DNA of 64,000 nt from Paraspadella gotoi (taxonomy: Eukaryota > Animalia > Chaetognatha): contig CM119270.1 of NCBI GenBank assembly GCA_051294375.1, positions 1,397,495 through 1,461,494 of the forward strand, read 5' to 3'. A program made the translations under genes and the position numbers. Each line of letters opens with the position of its first letter. Position 1 is the first letter of the stretch. This document shows positions 38,439 through 51,460 of this stretch, one piece after another. The notes under the pieces were generated by a model. The model was not told the origin of the DNA. It worked only from the letters and a program-made list of their open reading frames with translations, and did not search any database.

Positions 38439-38867
38439 TAATAGGGGGAAGAGAAAAAGGGTTAAAAAATGACGAAGTGAGCAGAATTAAAAAAGAAAAA
38501 ATAGGAAAAATATAGCTAAAAATAGAATGATTAAAAATTGTGAAACAAATGTTTTCAATAATTTTGTTCAGATCAAAACTAAAGACATGGAGAAAAGAAA
38601 ATGGGAAAGAGTAAGGAAATTCTTTTGGCGAAGGAAAATAAAAAAAAGAAAGAAAAAAGAAAATAAAAAGAAAAGAAAAAGAAATGAAAATGAAAAGAAA
38701 GAAAAAGGAAAGAAAAAGAAAAGAAAAAGAAAAGAAAAAGAAAAGAAAAAGAAAAGAAAAAGAAAAGAAAAAGAAAAGAAAAAGAAAAGAAAAAGAAAAG
38801 AATGAAAAAAAATGAGGCAGACGAATCACGAGGAGACGAGAAAAGAATTTCTCCTCCACGAAATGAT

Positions 38868-38904
<37 letters not shown>

Positions 38905-40689
38905 NNNNNNNNNNNNNNNNNNNNNNNNNNNNNNNNNNNNNNNNNNNNNNNNNNNNNNNNNNNNNNNNNNNNNNNNNNNNNNNNNNNNNNNNNNNNNNNN
39001 NNNNNNNNNNNNNNNNNNNNNNNNNNNNNNNNNNNNNNNNNNNNNNNNNNNNNNNNNNNNNNNNNNNNNNNNNNNNNNNNNNNNNNNNNNNNNNNNNNNN
39101 NNNNNNNNNNNNNNNNNNNNNNNNNNNNNNNAGAGAATTTTTCTTATTTTGGCTTTTCAGTGTCAAGCTTCGTGTCTCTTGTGACGAATTCGCGTCAAGA
39201 TTTTTTTTGTGATGANNNNNNNNNNNNNNNNNNNNNNNNNNNNNNNNNNNNNNNNNNNNNNNNNNNNNNNNNNNNNNNNNNNNNNNNNNNNNNNNNNNNN
39301 NNNNNNNNNNNNNNNNNNNNNNNNNNNNNNNNNNNNNNNNNNNNNNNNNNNNNNNNNNNNNNNNNNNNNNNNNNNNNNNNNNNNNNNNNNNNNNNNNNNN
39401 NNNNTCCCTCCAACAGAAGAAAACGTTGCTTAAAATCCACCAACCGTTCACAGCGGTCATTGGTGCCAAGCAATCAAGAGGGACGGGGCGCTTCACCCGC
39501 CTGTAACATGGAATTACAGTCTGATTAGGAGCTCAAGAACTTTTTATATTTTTATGACTAACTCATTACAATTATTCTTGCCTTTTCAACAAAAAACAAA
39601 TTAATTCAAAATGATGATATTTCACTTTTCTCTTCCCTTTTTTTCCTCNNNNNNNNNNNNNNNNNNNNNNNNNTTATTGGAGAGGAGAAATGGGAGGAGG
39701 GAAGAGGGGGGGAAGGAAAGAAGGGGGGAAAAGGGGAAAGAGGGGAAAGGGGGATAGAGGGGGAGGGAATGAGGGGGAAGAGAAAAAGGGGTGAAAGGGA
39801 AGAGGGGAAAAGGGGAAAGAGGGGGAAGGGAATGAGAAAATAAGGGAAGGAGAAATATGTGAATATCATCATTTTGAATTAAATGTATGTTTTTTGTTGA
39901 ATAGCTAAGTGGTTGCGGGTTTTCTCTCATCAAAACAAAGCTATAAGGGTTAAGCAGTCCAATTGATAAGTTCCATTGTAGTAATCAAGACGCGATTCAC
40001 TTTGAATTATTAAACGTATATAGAAAACATAAGGACAAACGTCAATAAAGCGAAGACAACATGAAGAAGACGAGGACAACTGAATACAAGGCCGTAATGG
40101 GGGGAAAACCCCAAAAAAATACGGCTATAAATTTTCCTAGAAGAAAGGAAAAAAATTTTTAAGAAAAAAAAGTTATTCAATTCACAATATTCAAATAGTT
40201 CAACCAAATATTACTCTGGTTGCATCATATAATCAAATGAAAAACTTAGTTTCAATAAGTTAGATCTCTTAAATACTACTTTTGACGCAATAAGAAGATA
40301 GAATTAAGGTTGGGAAAAATAGGAAACTTTAAACCAATAGGAAAGCAGGAATTATGTAAATCACACGATTTTGACTTAAATATAGGTTGTTTCCTTGATT
40401 CGAAGGAAGAGTTAAACTCAGATAAATCATTAAAATACTTAACAATACCGGCTGTTGCAAAGTGCAACATTTATGGTTTTGTTTAAAAGGCAATTTGGGG
40501 ACAGGCGGATCAACATTCGATTCCAGAAAACAAAGAACAGTAGAATGTCGGTTACCATAAAAACGTTCATTAAATGAATTTCTTTAAAACAAAGCTTCGG
40601 AGAAATAAAAGGTAAATAAAAACGTGCAAGTAATTTTTACAAGTTATTTACAATAAAAACATTGTAAACGACAATTTATCACTTTAACT

Positions 40690-41960
40690 TCTCTGGATAA
40701 TTCTGCAAGTCTTCATTGGGTCGGATTTGCTTATTTCAAGCGAACTTATCTTTGGTTTCGTGATCTAAACAATTCTCTTAGGGGTATATCGTGATCGTAC
40801 GCGACGAACATGGGGTTGCCGTCGGAATGTCAGGCGTGAATATACCTGGAGCGTACCATGTGTCTCGCGGGTGAATATGTATATCAGTGGAGAATTAATC
40901 GTTGTCACTCGCAGTTCGCTGTAGATGTACGTCGCATGTTTGTGCGCTGTTGAAGGTCGTAATGTATTCGGTTCGCCAATCGTTTTGCCAAAGCCGAGTT
41001 AGCAAGGCTATAAGACTGGACTTCCAAGCTGTATGGACGTTGTTTCTTCACATTGGGAAGGGAGGGTCGGCGGATATGCTGACCAACCGGGGAAAGGGAT
41101 ATTTCAGGGGTAAGAGGACGGGGGATGTCAGCGAGGGGGTTCAATTGGAAGACGTGGGATAAGAGGGCGTCGATTAATAATGTTTTCTGTCATAGTAATC
41201 ATGTTTCAAAATATTTATAGTGCTCCTTTTATCCAATATGAACGTGAAGAGTCTTCTTGACGTGCGGATAGGCGTTCGAGCTGCTCCAATGGTGATTGAA
41301 TTGCTGGAGGGTTGAATCGCCATTCCAACCTTTTTTCTAGTTTTACTGGTAAGTTCTTGTGTTGTAGCTTTGAAGCAGCTTTAAGCTCTCTATCTGCGTT
41401 TAAAAATTCGTAGGCATTATTCGTATAAAGGGAATGCGTAAACCGTGACGGCGTGCTGGAATCGTGAAAGGAGAGATTTATAGAAACATGATGTGAATAT
41501 TTTTTACATTCAATAAGAGTTCTCATCCGGAGGCAAGTAAATACCGAATGCCTCTTTTTTGGGCTGTCTACGATAGTTTAACATTTAAAGGGCAGAAGTC
41601 AAACGCCTGAAGCTTCAATGGGTTAAGTGTTTCCAATCTTATTGCAGGATGAGTGGCGATTCCGTTCTGCTTTCTCTGGGCTGCGCATGACGACGATTGA
41701 CAAGGCACACAGTTTTCGGAATAATTTTTCTTCGTGTTTTGACGGTCCAGATAAGATCAATAGTTTTTGTCTTAGATTGAGCATGGAAGTTGTTCTGGCT
41801 GTCCGGCGTGTGTTCTTTATAATGAGTAATTCTAAACTTCTAACTGAGGTGACTTGCTGGAGGGGATCGCGGGATGGCGAGTTCTCGTAACGTCATTTGC
41901 TCGAGTGAGTCGGAACTCCAGACACGGAGAATGCCGTCGGTCGCGTCGATGAACGGATTC
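40690..41960 (-). pseudogene. BEL integrase (HHCC zinc finger, rve core, C-terminal DUF5641-like region), disrupted
   Basis: LRQK.., NCVPC, GVD(F), VFTCL, NNAYEF..ADREL, WRFNPP, ERL.R.VKK.L, ENIINRRPL, LTP, PRDTW, HVRRV and terminal IRP motifs. Confidence 0.85.
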
Positions 41961-43659
41961 TACATCTCGAATGGGAGAAACTTTAGAGCGTATTACTTGT
42001 ACAGACGTCAGCGGTCACGATGCTTATGATTCTTAAGAAATTTAATTATTTCAAAGGCTCACTTTGTATTATTTTAAATTGCTTTTTCTGGCTAAATTTG
42101 TTTTCTGTATTCTGCTAAATTTTGCTTTTGTCGCGATTTTTATTTCTTAGGTTAGCATAGCGTAAGAATTTTGATAAATAATATATAAAAACAAATTTGA
42201 ACCCATTGAGATAAGTTAGAGTGAATATTTTGTCTTAAAAATGTCGTTAATCTAAAGTATAGTTTGTAATAGTTTTAATACGATTAATCTCTATTTAATT
42301 TGTATGATTACATTGAAATCTCCGATACTTGGTGTCGGCATTTTCGGGGGCCATTTTAGCAAAGAAGGCGGGACCGTTGATGGAAAAGACAACGGTTCGA
42401 TTTCCGCGGAGGATGCTCGGGAACAAATATCGGCGGGGTTTTGAATCTGTAGGAACGTAATGCATTGCGGGGAGGGGACACTCATGGGATTTTGCTAATG
42501 GCTGTAATTGCAAAGAAAGCTTAAAACAGTGTAACATTTTGTGGTATTTGTTTTAGATACGCACATGCATAATCAAAAATAAACTTGATTAAATACTACT
42601 TGTTCACTTTTCCTGAGCAAACAAATTTATAATATTTCAGTTGAAATTTACTAGCAAGGCGGTTATTCTAACGTAGGGGATGATCTCTTTAGAACACAAC
42701 AACGGTACGTTGTGATATGGAGAAGTCGTGATTAATTGTAATAAAAATTTGAAAAGACATGAATTTTTGTTAGGTAGTTTAACGTCGTTCTTTAGAGAAT
42801 AGAGACATGACCTTTAATGGATGATTGGATTAAAATCTTGACTACAAATTAATGGTAACGCCTCCTGGGGAAAAATTCAGGTAAAAAATCTATATGTGAA
42901 TACTACTCGATTACGATCATGTTGGCATCTTCAAGGAGCTGGCATTTTTTATTCTCTTTTGACAATAACCATCATTTTGAATCAAACTATCAGATTCAAT
43001 GACTGGTAATGGCTCGGCGGAAATAATTTTGATCGAGCATTTTTTTATAATTAGCGAATAAAAGGGGATTTTCACTCAATACAAAGTGTACGAGCATTTA
43101 CATAGGTGATTGTTGACTTTTACATAAACTTATTCAAAGTTAGGATCCGATAGCAATGTTGAAGGCTAAAATTTTTATCTTTTTTACATTGTTTATGAAG
43201 TGGTTATTGTTGGATATGATAAGATTGGGAAAGTGAAATTAAGTCATTTTGGTGTAAACTTTTTATTTAGAGTAAAAGTAAAGAGGAGTAAGAGATCGAA
43301 TGTCTAAGAGGTTTTCAAACGCGGTGGAGTTTCAGATAGCGGGAAAAATCTTTCTAATGCGGCCGAGAAAAAAAATCTACTTACCAAAGAAGGGGTAAGG
43401 GATTTTCCGAAGGATTTTGGTTAATATTTTCTAATAATATTAAGGTAGGATTTTTTGAAACTTATATTACAATAATTAGTATCATCTGAAACATTGGTGG
43501 TTAGAAAGAAGTATATTAAAAAACATGCTGAGATTTGTTCGTCAGAGCTTTAGTCATAATTTTGTCAAAAATATTAGCAAACGTGAAAGATAAGCGAGGC
43601 GCATGGTATCGCGTCTGTGAAGCATCTGAGAAGATGAAGTTCAATTGACCTTATTTCTC

Positions 43660-44820
43660 ACTAGTTCTGAATGAACTTATATCACAAGGGAAGGAGTATG
43701 GGAGGTTTAATTTCAAGAGGTTGATGTGGCTATCAAAGAGGGAGAAGAAGTTTGTACATCCGGCAATGAGCGGGATGGTTATACCAAGTAGCTTGAGGGC
43801 CAGATGACATTATCTGGTAATAACTTTTTTGCTATTGGAAGATAGGGGCTTAGCGAATCACTAGTGGAATTATAAAATATAGAGGACAGTGAGGGATAAG
43901 AATTGAGCGTTTGTCTTATATCTTTTCCCATCTCGTATTAAATTCTAATTAGAGAATTCTAAAACAATCATTACCAAAATCAAAGGGACTCCAAGGGTTG
44001 ATCTGTAACGATTCGCAGCGTTTCCAGCAAATATCTCATAAGCTGGTCGGAGTACGTGCGCTGTTCGATGTGAAGATGCCAATTCTCCTGACTGTTGGTC
44101 TTCCATTGGACAAACGAGGGGAGGGAACTCCATTTTTAGAAGGAGTTCGTCAACACTGATCTTTAATTGCTTAGCAAAGGAACATATAAAGGAGCATTTT
44201 CGTCATATGTCTACATAAAACATTTCTTAAAAATATTTCAAATTGTTTCTAAATATAAAAAGGCTTATTATTTTAGCGTGGTATTAGGTAAAAGCAACGT
44301 TATAGCTATAGCACTGAGGGGGCTGTTCAAAAACATTAATGTTAATATCTATACGCATTATTAATCTCCTATTTATTTTGTCTTTCAAAAACAAAATCGT
44401 TGAGGTTAAGATCTTTTCGCGTCGATGACAAATCTGGTTAGTAAAGATGCTTTAATATCTCCATTAAAAAGAATAAGGGGGAAAATTCCGTTAGCGAAAT
44501 CGTGTGAGAATACAATGCAAGATTATTAGTTAAGTCGAGGACTGGAAGAAGTGCAGAAAAGTTTAAGTGAAGAATCCTTTTGACATCAAGCTTTTGCAGT
44601 CATGGAATAACTCTTACTTATTGCTGGCTTCTCAAGCTTTGATACAAATGATGCATAAGGCATGATCCAAAATTGGTCGTCGTTTAAATTCTTCTTGGAT
44701 TTTCAATCACGTTGCAGAGCCTATTTAATCCATTATATTCCATGTCAAGTACAGATTATCCATTCAAGGGTCTTTTTCCAAGTTTGGTGGAGTCTTTTTA
44801 GGGCATCGGAGGCAATTACT
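43660..44820 (-). pseudogene. BEL reverse transcriptase domain (disrupted)
   Basis: DALKRLHQ, KVRV..D, SLN..L.P.PDL, RFR, GDIKA, FYVD, QWKTNS, TLGVP..FGNDCF and LSSIF.NPL...P...AKKLL occur in canonical BEL order and spacing (stitched across frameshifts). Confidence 0.8.
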
Positions 44821-45659
44821 AGAAGAGACTGAAAGGAGATTCAAACTTTTCATCGGGGCCTCGCTCTGCTTTCTTTAACAAGCAGTCAACTTGATATTTT
44901 CCGGTCAATAAATTGAATTGATTCATTTAAAAATTAATTACTTTTATATTCGGGAATAAACCATCTATTTCGGAATGGATTGTCATTGAAATATGACTAA
45001 AGAAAGATTTTACATGATTAATAGTTTCTGTGTTGCGCTGCATATGCATTGGCTGGAGACTCCTCGTGTTGGGACGTACGACATGTGGGACAGGCGATTG
45101 CCCCATCCCATTTAGTTTGGAAAGCAATAAGGGGAAAATTGCCACACGGGGTATCGCGTCGGAGGACGGCATACAAGGATTGGATGGTGATCTGATACCT
45201 ATAATTAAATCATATTGAACTTTTTTTCTTACTTGATCCCTTTAAGATGTTCATAGGAGTGCATTATTCTGATTGAGTTGGGAGTGTACGTTTCCGTTGA
45301 GGAGAATATCAGCAATATGACGTCAGAAGGTCTTCTGAATGGATCATTTTTCAAAGAATTAATTGTAAATTTTAGTAATGCGATTTTTCATTTTAACTAA
45401 ATTAAAGTAGAAACCTGCATAATTTCTCATTAGTGGAGAATTAAATAAATTAATACTCTTTTGAACAATCACGTCGATTACTTTCAGTATCACAAGGCAT
45501 AGAATATTTCTACTTTTAGTCATTTGTAAGTTACTTAACATGCAAAATAGGGAAAAATAATTTTGTGAAGAAGAAACTCGTCGTCGCGCTTTTGAACGTT
45601 CGCGTCGTTGCTTGCTGGTTGAGGCAAGACCTGAAGGAGCAGCTGGAAGATCGATGGAG

Positions 45660-46190
45660 GGAAGATGCAATGGGTTTCTAATTTTAACATTTTTCACAAA
45701 TATATTTGAACGACAATTTGGGAACATCATATGACATATCAAAACCAATCGGAAACATAATTATTTTCTTTTAAAGTTGAAATTTTTCTTATCATGAGTT
45801 ATTCAATAAATTTTTTACACTTACTTAATTGGTGAAAGACTCTTCACATAATTTACATTTCTTAAATATATCGTTATGTAAGCTTATTTGACTTGATTTT
45901 TATAACCTGAAGATAAGAGTTTGTATTTCCTGTACCCGCAATGCTGTACGCCGAGCTTTACGTCGCGGGTTTCTCGTCTTCTTAACGTTTAAACCTGAGC
46001 TTTTGAAAAGGGAGAAATCCTTAGCATTTTTACGTGACATCTAAAAGTCAAAAAGAGTTTGAAAATCAAGACACATCCTTTTTCTATTGCAAATTTATAA
46101 TGATATCTATCCAGTGCATGTTTCGAACATGAGGATTGCTTCCAATAAAAATAAAAGGAGGCAATAATTCTCGGGGATGAACGATTGGAA
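45660..46190 (-). pseudogene. BEL gag C-terminal part with CCHC zinc knuckles
   Basis: KCKLCEESFHQLSKCKKFIE read in one frame at ~45865-45805, followed by further degenerate Cys/His knuckles. The element breaks off at a (GCC)n tract at ~46205. Confidence 0.75.
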
Positions 46191-46359
46191 TCGTTAGTCG
46201 AGAACGACGGCTGCCGCTGCCGCCGCTACGGCTGTCACCTCTGTCGCTGCGGCCGCCGCTGCTGCCCGCGACTCTGCCGCTTCGGCTGCCGCTGCTGCAG
46301 TCACCGCTGATAGCGTCAAGACTCTAATGTTATTGTAGCTATAATTAAAAAAAATGAGG

Positions 46360-46616
46360 AAAGGAAAGAAGGAAATAGAGAAACCAGGAAGGGAGGAAAG
46401 AAAAGAAGAAAATAGAGAAATCAGGAAGGGAGGAAAGGAAAGAAGATAGAGAAATAGGGAAGGGAGGAAAGGAGAGAAGGAAATACAGAAATCGGGAAGG
46501 GAGGAAAGAAGAGAAGGAAATAGAGAAATCAGGAAGGGAGGAAAGGAAAAAAAATAGAGAAATCAGGAAGGGAGGAAAGGAAAGAAGGAAACAGAGAAAT
46601 CAGGAAGGGAGGAAAC
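46360..46616. repeat. ~31-bp purine-rich tandem repeat (GAAATAGAGAAATCAGGAAGGGAGGAAAG), ~8 copies
   Basis: Visible directly. Confidence 0.9.
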
Positions 46617-46902
46617 TATAAAAGAAATGGAGAAAGAAAGAGAGGGAAAAAAATAGGACATATTTATTGCGGAGGGAAAATGTTCGAAGAAAAGTTCGAA
46701 TGTGATTTTGCAGACATTTAACAATTTCAACATAGGGAACTTAAGGTAACATGAGACAGTTAATTGAAGAATATCTTCCCAAGATTTGTATAGTATACAA
46801 TGTATACAATGTATAAAATGTATACAATGTATACTGTATGTATAGTTTATGTATAGTGTAATGTATACACTATGCACGGACGTTAAGACGTTATGCTTGT
46901 TT

Positions 46903-46975
<73 letters not shown>

Positions 46976-47696
46976 TTTCATTGTCGTTTTTAATCGCCGT
47001 CGTCACCCGTCCATGATGACAGGGACGGCATAGATGTGGCAAAATGGCACATAATTATCGCTAAAATGGCACCGACCGTTCGAACGGCGCGTCAATGTGG
47101 CGAAAATGGACAAATTTATGTAGCCGCGAAAAAAAAATGCACGCGTAACAAACCAGATGGCGCCGGCGTACTGAATCGAGAAATATTTCACTGGTATGTT
47201 AGAAAGCGGGGCGGGAGGCGGAGTAGGATTGTTTAAGGTAAATGTCGAAGAGTTGCGGGGGTAAGTCTTAGTAAGGCGTTCAAGTTCGCCGCTGCTGAAA
47301 TGGTTGGGAGTTGGACGCGACAAAAATCAGATTTTATCGCCACTAAACAAAGATCGTCGCCGTGGGCACGCGAGAGAGAGAGACGACGAGGAGAAGAGAG
47401 AGAGAGACGAGGAGAAGAAGAGAGAACGAAGCAGCGAGAGAGAGAGAGAGAGCAATATAGTCTTCCTCGCGGATCGAGAAGCCTAGAGGCGGAAAGGCGA
47501 TTGCGCGACAAGCAAATACATAATGGCGCTCACGGCGAGAGAAGAGAGAGAGAGAGAGAGTAAGAGAGAGAGGAGAGAGAAGAGAGAGAGATAGAGCAGA
47601 GATAGAGAGAGACAGAGAGACGCGGGTGGTAATGATGAAACTTATTAGGCAGCGCTTTCTCTCTTGCTCCTTGCTCTATTTTTTTATTCAATCTCC

Positions 47697-47733
<37 letters not shown>

Positions 47734-49952
47734 CTCTCTCTCCATCTCTCTCTCGTCTCTGCGCTCTTCTGCCGCTAATCCCTCTCCCTCTCCTTCTCTC
47801 CCTCTCCCTCTTCCCTCTCCCTCCCTCCCTCCCGGCTCTCGCTGTGCGCCAAAGGATTTATATCACATGAGGCTCGCTCGCTCTCTGGTCTCGCTCTCTG
47901 CGCCGGTGGGCAGGAATCGGCCAAATGATGATAGAGGAAGAAGATGTAGGGAGGAGGACCAGTACCAGATGGAAAATAGATAAAGTCGAGTTCTCGAAAG
48001 AGAGGAGGAGGGGGAGGATCGGGGAGAGAGGCGGGAGGAGAGAGGAGGCATGCGGAGGCGGTACAGCGAGAGTAAGAAGAATAGGAAAACAAGCGCAGGT
48101 TAGTAGAACGATAACCTGCAGGGCGGCTCCGGTGGGAACGGACTAAGCGACATTGAATTAACAATTGACATGACACAATAATTATGAAGGTTATAATTCA
48201 TTGTTTGAATATTTTTATTTAAAACTATTTAAAGATTAAATTCAATCGAACACTATGATGAGATGTCTTAGATATGACTAAGCTGTACGATTGTCTCTAA
48301 CGCTGTGATAGCCATTTAGAGGCGGGCGTAGGCCTGCCTTCTTTTGTTGACTTTTTATTAACAACGAATTGAAAAATTCCCTCAAATCGCGAGACATTAA
48401 TCAAACCCCCTTAACATTCTCCTTTTCTTTTAGTAATGAAAACAAACCCCGAAAGCATACAACTTTTTCAATCGCTCCCAACTTCTCTTCCTTCTGGTAT
48501 TGCTCGCTAATTTACTCCGAACCGGAGAAAGATGCGAGGCCGCCTGCCCGCATACGAAGGGCTTGTGTGGATTAACGGAGCCAGAAAGCTCTTTTAGTTA
48601 TCGCAGCGAAAACCAAACTCGATCGGTTCGATCCCCGTAATCAGGAGACTAGAACACGCCTCGCACCACAGCAGTGGGGCTAACAGTTGGAGGGAGAGAG
48701 CGGACGGAGAGAAGAGAAGAGAGAGAGAAGAAGAGGAGAAGCAGGGGAGAGACGGAGAGGGGAAGAAGAGAGGAGAGGAGAGAGAGACTCTGTCTCCGGC
48801 AAAGAGAAGGAAAGCAATTCTGTCCGCCCACCCTTAAATGGCCTCAGAGTGCTGATTCACCATCTCCCCTCTCCCTCTCTCCTCTGTCGTTCTCTCTCGC
48901 TCTCTTCTCCTCTCGCTCCTATGAGAAACAATTCCTGCGAGTAGAAACATCGAATTATGGATCTGGAAGATAGGGCCGAGGGCAGAAGGAGGAGGAGGTG
49001 GAAGAGAGCGAAAAGAATGCGAGAGGGTAGAGAAAGGAGGAATGGAAGAGAGGTGAGAAAGAAGGCGAGGAGAGGAGGAAGAGGAGGAGGTAGGAAGCAA
49101 GGCGATCTCTCCTTGTGTGTGTGTGTNNNNNNNNNNNNNNNNNNNNNNNNNNNNNNNNNNNNNNNNNNNNNNNNNNNNNNNNNNNNNNNNNNNNNNNNNN
49201 NNNNNNNNNNNNNNNNNNNNNNNNNNNNNNNNNNNNNNNNNNNNNNNNNNNNNNNNNNNNNNNNNNNNNNNNNNNNNNNNNNNNNNNNNNNNNNNNNNNN
49301 NNNNNNNNNNNNNNNNNNNNNNNNNNNNNNNNNNNNNNNNNNNNNNNNNNNNNNNNNNNNNNNNNNNNNNNNNNNNNNNNNNNNNNNNNNNNNNNNNNNN
49401 NNNNNNNNNNNNNNNNNNNNNNNNNNNNNNNNNNNNNNNNNNNNNNNNNNNNNNNNNNNNNNNNNNNNNNNNNNNNNNNNNNNNNNNNNNNNNNNNNNNN
49501 NNNNNNNNNNNNNNNNNNNNNNNNNNNNNNNNNNNNNNNNNNNNNNNNNNNNNNNNNNNNNNNNNNNNNNNNNNNNNNNNNNNNNNNNNNNNNNNNNNNN
49601 NNNNNNNNNNNNNNNNNNNNNNNNNNNNNNNNNNNNNNNNNNNNNNNNNNNNNNNNNNNNNNNNNNNNNNNNNNNNNNNNNNNNNNNNNNNNNNNNNNNN
49701 NNNNNNNNNNNNNNNNNNNNNNNNNNNNNNNNNNNNNNNNNNNNNNNNNNNNNNNNNNNNNNNNNNNNNNNNNNNNNNNNNNNNNNNNNNNNNNNNNNNN
49801 NNNNNNNNNNNNNNNNNNNNNNNNNNNNNNNNNNNNNNNNNNNNNNNNNNNNNNNNNNNNNNNNNNNNNNNNNNNNNNNNNNNNNNNNNNNNNNNNNNNN
49901 NNNNNNNNNNNNNNNNNNNNNNNNNNNNNNNNNNNNNNNNNNNNNNNNNAAA

Positions 49953-49983
<31 letters not shown>

Positions 49984-50376
49984 ATGAACTAACTAATATT
50001 TTTTATATTTTTCTCAGGTTTTTTAAAATTTAGATTAAAAACAAAAACAATATTAACAAAACTTAAAAACAGTAATGCTACAACAGTAACAGTAAATCAT
50101 TAAATGAATATTTAATGAATAAATTTCATAATAAAGTTCATCAAGAAATTTCGTAAATAATGAGTTTGTTTTTTGGTTGTACTCTATCTCTCTNNNNNNN
50201 NNNNNNNNNNNNNNNNNNNNNNNNNNNNNNNNNNNNNNNNNNNNNNNNNNNNNNNNNNNNNNNNNNNNNNNNNNNNNNNNNNNNNNNNNNNNNNNNNNNN
50301 NNNNNNNNNNNNNNNNNNNNNNNNNNNNNNNNNNNNNNNNNNNNNNNNNNNNNNNNNNNNNNNNNNNNNNNNNNNN

Positions 50377-50409
<33 letters not shown>

Positions 50410-50937
50410 TTTTTCCCTTATCCTCCCTCTCCTTTCTCCGGCGCAGGAAGAAGCTTAAAAGCAAATCAATATTCACCGCAACCAAGCGAGATGCAAGCGG
50501 CGACCAAGCGAGGGACCAATCACAGATGGGGGAGAACCTCAGAAAATCCAAAAAATGCTGGTTACGTCAATAATAAATATATCTTTAACTACAAAAATAT
50601 AAATGTATGTAAATTATTTAAAAAAAAGAAAACAATAAACATTAAACAACTCGCCAAGACAATAAAATCTTAATTAAAATTATAATAGTATATAGATATT
50701 AAATGGATACTAAATCTTAAAAAAGTATTATTCGGGAGTAATTTAATCAAATCACGTTTAATTATGACTAACAAAACCAAATCTTTCTCCTGGCGGCGGG
50801 GGCTGCGGTCGGCGGCGGCGGCTGCGGCGGCGGCGGCGGAGGCGGAGGCGGCTGCGGCGGCTGCGGCGTATGCAAGGACAGGGATGAACGAATGTAAATT
50901 CTTGTGCGGAGACACGAGAGTTTCGGTTCCGGCCATT

Positions 50938-51460
50938 TGGTGAAGGAAGGAAGGAAGGACTGACTCGCTCTCACTNNNNNNNNNNNNNNNNNNNNNNNNN
51001 NNNNNNNNNNNNNNNNNNNNNNNNNNNNNNNNNNNNNNNNNNNNNNNNNNNNNNNNNNNNNNNNNNNNNNNNNNNNNNNNNNNNNNNNNNNNNNNNNNNN
51101 NNNNNNNNNNNNNNNNNNNNNNNNNNNNNNNNNNNNNNNNNNNNNNNNNNNNNNNNNNNNNNNNNNNNNNNNNNNNNNNNNNNNNNNNNNNNNNNNNNNN
51201 NNNNNNNNNNNNNNNNNNNNNNNNNNNNNNNNNNNNNNNNNNNNNNNTGGTGAAGGAAGGAAGGAAGGACTGACTCGCTCTCACTCTCTTTCTCTCTGTC
51301 TCCCTCTTTGGTGAGGAAGGAAGGAAGGACTGACTCGCTCTCACTCTCTCTCTCTCTTTGTGTCTTTCTTTGGTGAGGAAGGAAGGAAGGATTGACTCGC
51401 TCTCACTCTCTCTCTCTTTGTGTCTTTCTTTGGTGGAGGAAGGAAGGAATGACTCTATAT
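50938..51460. repeat. ~60-bp tandem repeat (TGGTGAGGAAGGAAGGAAGGACTGACTCGCTCTCACTCT...) spanning a gap
   Basis: Unit seen at ~50938, 51248, 51309, 51371 and 51431. Confidence 0.85.

Larger units (their letters stand above)
40440..46190 (-). mobile_element. BEL/Pao LTR retrotransposon internal region (gag-pol), 5'-truncated, many indels
   Basis: Minus-strand motifs in BEL order (some stitched across frameshifts): gag knuckles KCKLCEESFHQLSKCKKF (~45865-45810) and a CF..CH..C.S..C..C..H-like knuckle (~45760-45665); protease DT(E)SN (~45495), YDLIIG (~45215) and AFQTK.GW (~45125); RT GDIKA (~44460) and FYVD (~44215); RNase H IELH..SDAS (~43640) and HYVPTD.NPADICSR (~42460); PFIDATDGILRV (~41955); integrase WRFNPP (~41320) and ENIINRRPL (~41185); C-terminal RW..EY...LQQR (~40980). 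Confidence 0.9.

Noticed and set aside
43861-43975. Apparent GTAATG...ccactAG intron in the BEL RT on the minus strand
   Set aside because: The segment itself encodes expected RT-connection motifs (FGNDCF...LSSIF.NPL) at normal spacing, so it is coding rather than intronic.
45640-45670. LPSIDLP as the BEL gag N-terminal (DUF1759-like) motif
   Set aside because: It lies between the zinc knuckles and the protease, which is the wrong position; the similarity is coincidental.
46115-46135. CATGTTTCGAACATG resembling a hammerhead stem III
   Set aside because: No CUGANGA box or stem II nearby; it is a short palindrome inside gag.
48615-48650. B-box-like GGTTCGATCCCC (and GGATTCGATCCCGG at ~62398)
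   Set aside because: No A box or cloverleaf could be folded around either site.
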